A DNA stretch of 32,000 nt. Source: Nitrosospira multiformis ATCC 25196 (GTDB lineage Bacteria > Pseudomonadota > Gammaproteobacteria > Burkholderiales > Nitrosomonadaceae). Each line of letters starts with the position of its first letter. Position 1 is the stretch's first letter. Below, piece by piece: positions 16,657 through 25,092 of the stretch. The position numbers and the translations under genes are program-made. The notes below the pieces were generated by a model. That model did not search any database. It was not told where the DNA came from and saw only the letters and a list, made by a program, of their open reading frames with translations. The stretch is taken from contig NC_007614.1 in NCBI RefSeq assembly GCF_000196355.1, forward strand, positions 2,550,001 to 2,582,000, given 5' to 3'.

Positions 16657-18839
16657 GCAGTTTTCTCCCAGATTGTTACTTCCGAGAGCGTGTGCTGGAA
16701 TTTACGGCGTGTTTCGCGAATGACAAATGGAACCTCCGTAGGCCCTTGAATGAGCCTGAAATGGGCACCCAGAATTTCTTTCAGGCCATCGAGCGTTCCG
16801 AAACTTTCACCATCCCGCTTGAATCCGCCGATCCAGGCTTCCCGCTTGGTATGTTCCTCCAGCCAGGTATAGGGAGAAGCAATCAGCAAAATACCGCCGG
16901 AATTGATGCGGGTATGTATGGATGTAAGCAGTTTGGCCGGATCATAAAGACGGTCTATGAGATTCGCCGCGAGGATCAGGTCGTAACCCGTATATATAGG
17001 TTTGAGGTTACAGGCGTCCCCTTGATAAAACGCCACCTTATGCCTGACCCCGTCCAGGCCCAGTCCAGCCAGCGTCCGCTCCCGGTAAAGGACCAGATCG
17101 CCTTCATCGGCCAGGGTATAGCGTAACACCCCTTGCGACGCCAGCTGCACTCCCTGTCCGATGAAACGGGCGGAGAAATCCACTCCTGTCACCTCATCGA
17201 AATGCCGCGCCAGTTCAAAAGCAGCTCGCCCCGACGCGCAACCCAGGTCGAGCGCCTTGTGTGCAGGCTTGTCTCCCATGGCGGCAATAGCGAGTTCCGC
17301 CAGCGCTTTCGGGAAATTTGGCACATCGAAATAAGTGTCTCCATAATGGAATTCAGCATATTCGGAGAGCAGCTTGTCGGTTTCGTAGTGCGAGCCATGC
17401 TGAATCGCCGGGGCAGTTCCGACGACGTAGCGAAAACCCGCGTGCTGAAAGAAATGGCGGCGAAAGGCGTAACGTGAGTTCTTCAAGGATTCATTGCCAC
17501 AGGAAATCCAGGAGCCTCCCTTGATGAGGTTGTGCCTGCCATCGAAGGTGGGTGTTGTGAAATCATCATAGTGGGGATGAACATCAAAGCCATCGAAAGG
17601 ATAGATGGGCGTTTCAGTCCATTGCCACACGTTTCCCACCACATCATAAAAATCACCCTGGGCAAATTCGTTGACAGGGTGGCTGGAGGCCCCATGGTCG
17701 AGATGAATATTGGCCATGGCCGGTGCAGCAGCCGGAACCTCGGATAATCCCGCTACTTCATAGAGCCGGTACCATTCGTCTTCGGTCGGGAGGCGGTAGG
17801 GCTGGCCACTTACGGCCGCCTTCCAGTTACAGAAAGCCTTGGCTTCGTGATAATTCACCTCCACAGGCCAATCCCAAGGCATGGAAATTTCCTTGGTCAT
17901 CAGGCGCAACTCCCACTCCCCGCCTCGCCGGATCCAGAAGGTGGGATGCTTCGCGCCAGCATGCTTCAGCCAGGCGCGTCCCTCCTCTTCCCAGTAACTT
18001 TCGGTTTCATAGCCGTCTGCCTGAACAAACTCCAGGAATTCCTGATTACTCACCAGGTATTTGCCGGCTTCGAAGGCTGCAACGTCCGCAATGTGAGTAC
18101 CGTATTCGTTATCCCATCCATAGAAAGGATCGTCTTTTTTCTTGCCAAGCTGCACCGTGCCTTCCGGTACTTTCACCAGCTGATTGTCGGGCGCCGGTCC
18201 GGATTTACGGCAGGGTTCCCATGCAGGATGGGGAGCAACATGTTCCAGCGCATGCTGCCGGATAAGGACGGACGAAGTTTCGAGATGAATGCGCTCGTGT
18301 TCGATACCCATCATGATCGTCCACCAGGGGCTGTCCCATTCAATGGGCAAGGTCAGAGGCGTTTCACGGATGAGTCGATCGACAGTTTCCCGCATCCTTC
18401 TGCGATAGGCTCGCACCTCTTCGACAGAAGGCCAATCGTAATGCGTCGTATCCAGATCGTCCCAACTCATTTCATCGACACCCACTGCGAACATCGATTC
18501 CATTTTTGGGTTGATGCGGTCAGTGATCAGACCCGCGAGCAGGAGTTTATTGGTAAAGAAGGTTGCGGTATGGCCGAGATAGAATATGAGCGGGTGACGC
18601 AATGAAATGGGCTTTTTGAAGTAGGCCGCGTCTCCTCGCAACGTTTCGAAGAGTTGCTCGTAACGGTCCAGCGTGGAATGAAAGTATTCGCGTATTTCCT
18701 CACGCTTTGCCGCAGCATTACCTCCGGCAAGAACAGGAGTTCGGGAAAAGAGTTGTTTGGGCATTACACGCAACTTGGGGTTTTCGGAAGCAGATTGAAC
18801 AGCTGTGGTTGTTTTCTTTGCATTCAAATTCATGTTCAC
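16653..18839 (-). CDS. ovoA: 5-histidylcysteine sulfoxide synthase / mercaptohistidine N-methyltransferase OvoA
   Basis: 728 aa with the three-domain OvoA layout. The DinB-like N-domain has LIFYLGHTATFF and the iron motif HERIHLE (Hx3HxE). The central FGE-sulfatase-like domain has NVWQWT and GGSW. The C-terminal SAM methyltransferase has ALDLGCASGRAAFELA. Confidence 0.9.
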   Translation of the reverse strand: MNMNLNAKKTTTAVQSASENPKLRVMPKQLFSRTPVLAGGNAAAKREEIREYFHSTLDRYEQLFETLRGDAAYFKKPISLRHPLIFYLGHTATFFTNKLLLAGLITDRINPKMESMFAVGVDEMSWDDLDTTHYDWPSVEEVRAYRRRMRETVDRLIRETPLTLPIEWDSPWWTIMMGIEHERIHLETSSVLIRQHALEHVAPHPAWEPCRKSGPAPDNQLVKVPEGTVQLGKKKDDPFYGWDNEYGTHIADVAAFEAGKYLVSNQEFLEFVQADGYETESYWEEEGRAWLKHAGAKHPTFWIRRGGEWELRLMTKEISMPWDWPVEVNYHEAKAFCNWKAAVSGQPYRLPTEDEWYRLYEVAGLSEVPAAAPAMANIHLDHGASSHPVNEFAQGDFYDVVGNVWQWTETPIYPFDGFDVHPHYDDFTTPTFDGRHNLIKGGSWISCGNESLKNSRYAFRRHFFQHAGFRYVVGTAPAIQHGSHYETDKLLSEYAEFHYGDTYFDVPNFPKALAELAIAAMGDKPAHKALDLGCASGRAAFELARHFDEVTGVDFSARFIGQGVQLASQGVLRYTLADEGDLVLYRERTLAGLGLDGVRHKVAFYQGDACNLKPIYTGYDLILAANLIDRLYDPAKLLTSIHTRINSGGILLIASPYTWLEEHTKREAWIGGFKRDGESFGTLDGLKEILGAHFRLIQGPTEVPFVIRETRRKFQHTLSEVTIWEKTA

Positions 18840-19144
18840 CCTCGGTTATGGATAGCCTCTCAATATAAAATAAACGAAGTGTACACCCGGATACATTGCC
18901 TCACTATTGCCAAGAACATGGATCAGAGAATCCTGCACTGAAAAACTTGACAGCACAGTAAAGAGGAGTTCCACCCAAATTGCTGACGCTCTCCCGCCTG
19001 ATGCTTCATACCGCGGTGCTGTTAAAAAGACCCGAGATTACGTCCTTCAACCCTTCGCAACTTTGGACACTTGATTATTCTCGTTTATTCTGGTGCCTTC
19101 GATTGTCCTGGCGAGCGTGAGTTCCACATTTATTTCAGGAGGGT

Positions 19145-19843
19145 TTATTGGACCCGCAGAGCATCGGGACGTAATTTTAGCTGAACACGTCCGGAGTTCC
19201 CAAACGACAAGTGGAGGAAGGGAAAAATAGTGGCGACCATGAACTGCAACTGTCCAGCCTGCAGGAATAGGGTGCGTCCTACACATTTCCATCCCAGATG
19301 GCTGTGCGCCCGGCGCGAGGCGATATTCGTCCGGGTGACACGGCTGAAGGTATATTTTATCCCTCGCTCCTGGAGATATCGATTGGCTCCGCTCCACATG
19401 CCGATAAATCCTCGACCCATGCGGTATTCGGGAAAAAGGTAGAAATCGAAATCGAAAACCGCTTCGCCTGCAGGCGACACCAGGAAGACGCAGCGAACCT
19501 CGTCCTCTATATAGGTATTGGGACAAAACCACATATACCCGATAAATTTCCCCTTTTGAAAAGCACCAAGACAAACCGCACTCTGCTCGAAACGGGCCTC
19601 CTTTATGTCCGGTCGCGCTGGCATAAGCTCCACTTCCGGATCACCTCGCTTGATCTCACGAATTTCAAGGTTCCTGCTTAACCGCTCCGGAATAAGCGGC
19701 TCTTTGTGAATTGGCTGGACCATAATGTCGTAGAAATACAGTCGCAGGCTGGGAGAAATGCTGGCAAGAAAACGGTCTGACAGATACAGCAGACCAGCAA
19801 AAAATCCGAATTCCTTGAAAAGGGCAGCAAGTTTTTGAAGCAT
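19145..19843 (-). CDS. GNAT-like acetyltransferase-fold protein (putative)
   Basis: 232-aa ORF. The segment FDFYLFPEYRMGRGFIGMWSGANRYLQERGIKYTFSRVTRTNIASRRAHSHLGW resembles GNAT motif A/B (Q/RxxGxG/A followed by N..S...H..LGF). I have no closer assignment. Confidence 0.5.
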   Translation of the reverse strand: MLQKLAALFKEFGFFAGLLYLSDRFLASISPSLRLYFYDIMVQPIHKEPLIPERLSRNLEIREIKRGDPEVELMPARPDIKEARFEQSAVCLGAFQKGKFIGYMWFCPNTYIEDEVRCVFLVSPAGEAVFDFDFYLFPEYRMGRGFIGMWSGANRYLQERGIKYTFSRVTRTNIASRRAHSHLGWKCVGRTLFLQAGQLQFMVATIFPFLHLSFGNSGRVQLKLRPDALRVQ

Positions 19844-19976
19844 TTCGTGGTTGTCAGCGAGATGATTGTGGCGGATTTTTATATCGGCGAATCATTGTCA
19901 GCCTAATCTTTTACCAGCTCAAGTGAATGGCGACAGGATAAATTTATCTTAAATAATGCTGGGAGAACACAGGAAA

Positions 19977-20639
19977 ATGAAGAAAGAGTACTGGCTGGAA
20001 CGCTGGAGACAGGAAGAAATCGGTTTTCACCAGCGCGAGATCAATCCATATTTAAGCCGATATTGGCCGGAATTACAGGTTGCGCCCGGGAAACGGGTAT
20101 TCGTTCCCCTCTGCGGTAAAAGCCGTGACATGATATGGCTTCGCGAGCAGAACCTTTCTGTACTGGGGGTGGAATTAAGTCCTCTGGCAGTAGAGGCGTT
20201 CTTCAAGGAAAACGGCTATTCCCCCCGCCACATCATCGGCGAGAAATTCGATCAGTGGGATGCTGACGGCATCCATCTTCTGTGCGGAGATTTTTTCGAC
20301 CTGAAAAAAGACCATCTGGCGCAGGTGGACGCAGTGTACGACCGCGCCTCCCTCGTCGCCTTGCCCCCGGAAACCCGCCATGCATACACGGACCACTTGC
20401 TGTGCATTTTGCCGCCTGCAATCCGGATACTGCTCATTACTTTCGATTATCCCCAAGCTGAAATGTCCGGTCCGCCTTTTGCGGTTTCCACAGCCGAGGT
20501 AGAGGCACTTTACGGAAAGCGCACGGATATTCGTCTGCTCGCAAAATTCGACGTGCTGACGGAGAATCCGCGCTTTCAACAACGAGGCATAAGCCGGCTT
20601 CAGGAAAGCATCTTCCTTCTCATGACACGGACGGCATAA
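19977..20639 (+). CDS. tpm: Thiopurine S-methyltransferase family protein (bacterial Tpm)
   Basis: YWLERWRQEEIGFHQREINPYLSRYW...RVFVPLCGKSRDMIWLREQNLSVLGVELS is the TPMT family signature. I prefer the ATG at 19977 (MKKEYW, purine-rich GGGAGA/AGGA upstream) over the track's 19956 start. Confidence 0.85.
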   Translation: MKKEYWLERWRQEEIGFHQREINPYLSRYWPELQVAPGKRVFVPLCGKSRDMIWLREQNLSVLGVELSPLAVEAFFKENGYSPRHIIGEKFDQWDADGIHLLCGDFFDLKKDHLAQVDAVYDRASLVALPPETRHAYTDHLLCILPPAIRILLITFDYPQAEMSGPPFAVSTAEVEALYGKRTDIRLLAKFDVLTENPRFQQRGISRLQESIFLLMTRTA

Positions 20640-20810
20640 CACTTAAAGGAATCCCCCGGCACCTTGCCCCATCGTGAGAGAGATTCAAAGGCGCCTGTCT
20701 ATTAATAACGTGGTGTTTTTAATCCAGATTAAACTATGCTTGTAGTGGCTATATAAGAAATTCCAATTCTAGGCGAAGATGGCAAATAAACAATCCATGG
20801 GCGTGTTTTC

Positions 20811-21371
20811 ATGAAAGGAAAAAAAATGAGACCATACTTGTTATTCGTCTGTATCTTCTTGAGCGCGTGCGTCGGACTGCCGGCAGCAGTGCGAGACGTA
20901 CCGGTGGCAAAAGTCGGCTATGGCGAAGTAAGTCAGGACCCCAACAGCTATAAGGCTACATCCGTCCGTTGGGGGGGCGTGGTGATTGATGTTGAAAATG
21001 AAGAAAACTTCACCCTGGTGCAGGTGCTGTCCTATCCCCTCAATTATTCCGGACGGCCGCAACTGAACAAACAGAGCGAGGGACGTTTCGTGATCAAGAG
21101 CTCCGAATTTCTGGATCCTGCCGTTTATGCAAAGGATAGAGAACTCACAGTTGCGGGAACAATCGAAGGTGATATCGAGCGTACGATAGGAAAAAAACAC
21201 GTGCGTCTGCCTCTGCTTTCTTCCAAAGGCATTTATCTATGGCCGGTGTACCAATATCAGCCTTACGCTTATGGCGGGCCCGGCTACGGCTTCAGTCCAT
21301 ACTTCGGATATGGATATTATTATGGCGGCCCCTATTGGGGAGGATTCTACCGCCCCTACTGGTGGTATTAG
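20811..21371 (+). CDS. slp: Slp-family outer-membrane lipoprotein with Tyr/Gly-rich C-terminal tail
   Basis: Signal peptide plus lipobox (FLSAC). Slp core: YKATSVRWGGVVIDVENEENFTLVQVLSYPL...GRFVIKSSEFLDPAVYAKDRELTVAGTI. The start could alternatively be the ATG at 20826. Confidence 0.8.
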   Translation: MKGKKMRPYLLFVCIFLSACVGLPAAVRDVPVAKVGYGEVSQDPNSYKATSVRWGGVVIDVENEENFTLVQVLSYPLNYSGRPQLNKQSEGRFVIKSSEFLDPAVYAKDRELTVAGTIEGDIERTIGKKHVRLPLLSSKGIYLWPVYQYQPYAYGGPGYGFSPYFGYGYYYGGPYWGGFYRPYWWY

Positions 21372-21636
21372 CAACCGTTTGACAAGTCCTCCTTGAGCAT
21401 TCTCGGTAAAGTCGGGATAATCATCACCCCGATGGAATGCATCGCCTTCATGGCGCGGTTTGCATGCCTTGGGATTGTTGTGATCTGTTCCGCCCTTTTT
21501 GAGAAAGCGATTTGAGTATCGGTCAAAACGTCGTTTTTCTTTATCTTCTCCCGGCAAATCCCCAAGGACGCAGATGCCATGTGCGGAATAGGGCATTGTG
21601 CGCCCTCTGTCCTGAGCGGCACTTCAATAAAATTTC

Positions 21637-22899
21637 ATGCGCAAACTTTTGATTGTCTCGGCTGGATTGCTATTGAGTTTTTCCCTGATCCTGGTCGTCC
21701 TAATCTCGCTCGCCATTGAAGATCGCCCCCGCATCAACCGTCAGGTCGTCCTGACACCCGATCACATAGAACGCGCAAAGCGCATTGTGGATAAGCATCG
21801 CTACTGGGTACGTCCGGGAATGTTCGCCGCTGCAAGGATAATGCCGGCGGATGCGGATCTGGCCGTAAATTATCTGGCGCGCAGGCTCCTGAAAGGCAGC
21901 GCTCACCTCACCCTTGCCCATCGAAGCGCAGTGATCCGCCTCAGCATTCCCCTTTCCGAGACTCCACTCAGCCGCTACTCGGATAGGTATCTCAACATTC
22001 AGGCATCTTTAGTCGAGACCGATCGCCTGCCACACCCCCGCTCGATCCAGGTCGGCAAACTTTCGTTGCCCGACGCGCTTACAGACATGCTCATGCCCCG
22101 GATACTGGAATGGTTAAGAGAGAGCCCGGAATACAAGGCCAGTTTGGATTCGCTTCGGATGGTAAAGGTTTCCCCGGATGAATTGACCATTGTTTATCGT
22201 TGGCGAGGTGGCCTCTCCCACGGAATGAAGGCCTCGATCATCGGCGAAGAGGAGCGCGAACGTTTGCTTCGTTATCAACGTCTGCTGGTGGAAAGCAGCA
22301 GAATAGGCGAGAAGGAATTACCGCTGTCGGCCGTGCTTTCACCGCTCATGCGTGCAGCTGCTGCGCAATCGACGGAAGCCGGCCCGCGTGCTGAAAACCG
22401 CGCCCTTATTCTGGTGGCCACGGCACATGTGCTGGGCATCTCCCTGAAACGGATTCTTCCAGGAAAAACAAACTGGCCCCGAGCCGAGCCCCAGGTGGTA
22501 ACCCTGGATGGCCGTGACGATTTTGCCAAGCACTTCATGGTATCCGCCGCGATTGCCGCCTATGCCGACACCGCGCTCGCGGATGCAATCGGGTTATACA
22601 AGGAATTCGAGGACTCCCGCCATGGCAGCGGCTTCTCCTTTAACGATCTTGCTGCAGATCACGCAGGCACAAAATTTGGAGAAAAAGCAGTAGCAAGCGA
22701 GACATCAGCCCAGCAACTTCAGTATCGCGTCCTCTCCGGCATTGAGGACACGGATTTGATGCCCTTCTGGTCCGATCTGCCGGAATTCATGCGGGAAGCC
22801 GAATTCAAAAGACGCTTCGGAGGAACCGGAACGCCAGCCTATGAAGAAATGATGCGAATTATCGAGCAACGGGTAGCGGATCTGGACGTGTTGCAATAA
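21637..22899 (+). CDS. Hypothetical protein, N-terminally membrane-anchored, 420 aa
   Basis: Long ORF with no competing frame. It has one N-terminal hydrophobic helix (LLIVSAGLLLSFSLILVVLISLAI) and a soluble remainder. I recognise no family motif. Confidence 0.6.
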   Translation: MRKLLIVSAGLLLSFSLILVVLISLAIEDRPRINRQVVLTPDHIERAKRIVDKHRYWVRPGMFAAARIMPADADLAVNYLARRLLKGSAHLTLAHRSAVIRLSIPLSETPLSRYSDRYLNIQASLVETDRLPHPRSIQVGKLSLPDALTDMLMPRILEWLRESPEYKASLDSLRMVKVSPDELTIVYRWRGGLSHGMKASIIGEEERERLLRYQRLLVESSRIGEKELPLSAVLSPLMRAAAAQSTEAGPRAENRALILVATAHVLGISLKRILPGKTNWPRAEPQVVTLDGRDDFAKHFMVSAAIAAYADTALADAIGLYKEFEDSRHGSGFSFNDLAADHAGTKFGEKAVASETSAQQLQYRVLSGIEDTDLMPFWSDLPEFMREAEFKRRFGGTGTPAYEEMMRIIEQRVADLDVLQ

Positions 22900-23086
22900 G
22901 AGTTTTTCTCGACTCAACCGAGCGCCGAGCGGTTCCGGCGGGAGCATCGATACTCTTCTTCGGCAATACTCTTAACGGGCGGCTCCACTTTCACTTCCCA
23001 CGAAGGCAGCGGTCGAACTCGCGCAGGCTGCGAGCGCCGATAGGTTTTTCCAGGATTATGGAAGGGGGTATGTGAAAACTGACAGG

Positions 23087-23123
23087 CTCCGGCCGGCGAT
23101 ATCCGATTTTCTGCCGCCCGGAG
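23087..23123 (-). terminator. Possible terminator hairpin downstream of the TIR-like gene
   Basis: 11-bp GC-rich stem with one mismatch (CTCCGGCCGGC / GCCGCCCGGAG) and a 15-nt loop. On the minus strand it is followed only by a weak, displaced TTTT. Confidence 0.3.
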
Positions 23124-23140
23124 TATTCAGGAAAAAATGC

Positions 23141-23533
23141 TTATAGTCTGTTGAGGAACGATGAAATCGTCGGCCACGTCCACGCATCGATCTCGCGGTC
23201 TCCAACGGGTTCAGGCAGTTTGGAGGGGAGCTTGTCAGAATCTCCGTGAATAAGCAGTACAGGCATCCTCGCATCGTAGGCGCAACGCAGTTCCCACTGC
23301 TGGCCGTCGGCTCTGACATAGTTTTTGGTAATCAGGCCAATCACGCCATCACATCCCCTCACCGTCTCCCGGCACTCGTCTTTCCAGGAAGGCTCCCAGG
23401 ATTGTTTGACAGGCATCTCCACAAAGGAAAATGTTGTTTGCTCCTTGTTCAATTGCTCCAGCAGCTGATCGTGAGCACTCCTGTCCTTGAGTGCAAAACT
23501 GATAAAGACCTTGTTTGTTTTTTCAGCCATCAA
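23141..23533 (-). CDS. Stand-alone TIR-like domain protein (DUF1863 / ThsB-type)
   Basis: 130 aa. The KVFISFALKDRS start and CDGVIGLITKNYVRADGQQWELRCAYDARMPVLLIH follow the ThsB/DUF1863 pattern (vFiSf...D ... vvvli...t..S.Wv.wEi..a...g.piigv), including the conserved W-E. Confidence 0.65.
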   Translation of the reverse strand: MMAEKTNKVFISFALKDRSAHDQLLEQLNKEQTTFSFVEMPVKQSWEPSWKDECRETVRGCDGVIGLITKNYVRADGQQWELRCAYDARMPVLLIHGDSDKLPSKLPEPVGDREIDAWTWPTISSFLNRL

Positions 23534-23625
23534 TTACCCCCTCATTTATTATTAGCGCAGAATTCCAAGTCCCAATCATCCTCTCCGCCAGCAGCGGCAG
23601 GCTCTCCCTTGATCGTTCAAATATC

Positions 23626-24015
23626 TCACGCTCCTGAGCCGCGCCTTGCGGTTACCTGTATCTCGATGCGCATACGCGGATCGGACAGTCCGGCGGCCAG
23701 CATCATTGCCGCTGGCCTTACATCCCCGAGATATTTCCGGAATACGGGCCAGCACTTGGGGAAGTTGGCAGCCTCAGGCAATATATAGGTGACCCGCACA
23801 ATATCTCTCATGCTTGCCCCGGCCTCATCCAGAGCAGCACCGATATTTCTGAAACATTGTTCAGTCTGCTCGAGAAGATCGTCCGAAATTGTCATTTTGC
23901 TGTAGTCAAAGCCTGTCGTGCCTGAGACGAAGACCCAGTCACCCTCAACCACAGCCCTGGAGTAACCGATCTCCTGTTCGAAGGTGGAGCCTGAACTGAT
24001 CAATCTGCGTGTCAT
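23626..24015 (-). CDS. RidA/YjgF-family protein
   Basis: 129 aa. GYSRAVVEGDWVFVSGTTG...EQTEQCFRNIGAALDEAGASMRDIVRVTYIL...RMRIEIQVTA matches the RidA-family fold pattern. Confidence 0.85.
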   Translation of the reverse strand: MTRRLISSGSTFEQEIGYSRAVVEGDWVFVSGTTGFDYSKMTISDDLLEQTEQCFRNIGAALDEAGASMRDIVRVTYILPEAANFPKCWPVFRKYLGDVRPAAMMLAAGLSDPRMRIEIQVTARRGSGA

Positions 24016-24089
24016 CTGAGCTTCCTGTTTTTATGGTCGGCAGGCGGACAAACCTCCACCGCTTTTCCGGATACAGCTGGTCGTCTTCC

Positions 24090-24551
24090 TCAGTGAGAGA
24101 AACACTGATTCTTGTCGGATACCACCGTGCATGCATATTTCATTTGCTGCACGTGGCCAGCGCGATTGAATATGTATTCGGCCCGCAGGGCTTTGAATTG
24201 AGCATCCGTAAACGAAATCGAGTTAGCTACGTGACGTTCTTCATTCCAGAATCTGACTCTGCAGAAATCGGGTTCCGATCGGCATATCTTGCTGAGCGCC
24301 GCGCCATAAACCGCCTTATCCATATCCCGCTTGCCATCGATCAGGACCATATGGATATAGTTTTTTGAGTTGCCAAGCTGAATTGAGCGCACGAGGCGCC
24401 AACCGTCTCCATGAGGCAATTCCCGGGATGAAGCCGATTGAGATTGTGACTGTGATTCTGGTTGCTGCAACGGGAAGACAGAGACGGGCCATGACAGAAT
24501 AATAGCGAATGCAGTCGCTATTATTCTCTTGTCCTTTACTCTCTTGTTCAT
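24090..24551 (-). CDS. Hypothetical secreted protein
   Basis: 153-aa ORF. It has an N-terminal basic plus hydrophobic signal-like segment (MNKRVKDKRIIATAFAIILSWPVSVFP), then a PESQSQSQSASS linker and a 4-Cys C-terminal domain. No family recognised. Confidence 0.5.
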   Translation of the reverse strand: MNKRVKDKRIIATAFAIILSWPVSVFPLQQPESQSQSQSASSRELPHGDGWRLVRSIQLGNSKNYIHMVLIDGKRDMDKAVYGAALSKICRSEPDFCRVRFWNEERHVANSISFTDAQFKALRAEYIFNRAGHVQQMKYACTVVSDKNQCFSH

Positions 24552-25092
24552 GATACTCCTTTACGGAATTTCTCCGCACTGGTCAAAATCGGCAATAAAA
24601 AAGAACTCGCCTCACCTCAGGGAGGAACCGGGCCTCGCTCTGTTCTCAACCTGTCCTGTTCCCTGGCTCTGGAACAAACAACTGCTGTTCAAGAACTCTC
24701 AAGGACTAAATCCAATTTATTTTATCAACAAAGAAAGGGGTCAACAAGGAAATACCGGTTGCGGAAAAGCCGTATTAAGCCGTATTCCAGCGCCGCGGTG
24801 GGTAGAAATACTGCTTCCATACATCGACGCGGCATTCGGCCGCATCGATCCACCACCACGGAACTATCGACACACGCCGGTTCCGTTAAATCCGGAGGAG
24901 GTTGGATTCAGCCCTCGCGAAATCGCGATAATGGAGTGGATCCGGAGGGGTAAAACGATTCCTGAAACGGCTGCGATACTGGAAGTCAGCACTTTTACGG
25001 TAAAAAATTGCCTGCTGGATCTATTCCAGAAACTGCATGCTGCCGACAGCGGAGAAAGCACCGCCGAACAACAAATAAGGTTTTCGCATTGA
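24550..25092 (+). CDS. LuxR/GerE-type HTH protein, N-terminal part unrecognisable (possible remnant)
   Basis: The C-terminal 60 aa, FSPREIAIMEWIRRGKTIPETAAILEVSTFTVKNCLLDLFQKL, form a clear LuxR-type HTH. No ATG, GTG or TTG occurs in frame between 24553 and the HTH. The start must therefore be ATG 24550 or TTG 24529, both overlapping the divergent gene's start. Confidence 0.45.
   Translation: MILLYGISPHWSKSAIKKNSPHLREEPGLALFSTCPVPWLWNKQLLFKNSQGLNPIYFINKERGQQGNTGCGKAVLSRIPAPRWVEILLPYIDAAFGRIDPPPRNYRHTPVPLNPEEVGFSPREIAIMEWIRRGKTIPETAAILEVSTFTVKNCLLDLFQKLHAADSGESTAEQQIRFSH

Noticed and set aside
17847-18605. 252-aa and 180-aa plus-strand ORFs inside ovoA
   Set aside because: They are antisense to OvoA, whose three domains are continuous on the minus strand. 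Their translations have no motifs.
19047-19574. 175-aa minus-strand ORF overlapping the GNAT-like gene in another frame
   Set aside because: The longer 232-aa frame (19145..19843) carries the GNAT-like motif. This frame is Arg/Pro/Ser-rich and extends into the non-coding spacer.
23141-24551. Possibility that TIR-like + RidA + secreted protein form a Thoeris-like defence operon
   Set aside because: No ThsA-type effector (SIR2, SLOG, Macro or TM) is present. RidA has no known link to TIR signalling. This is kept only as an orphan-TIR observation, not as a system call.
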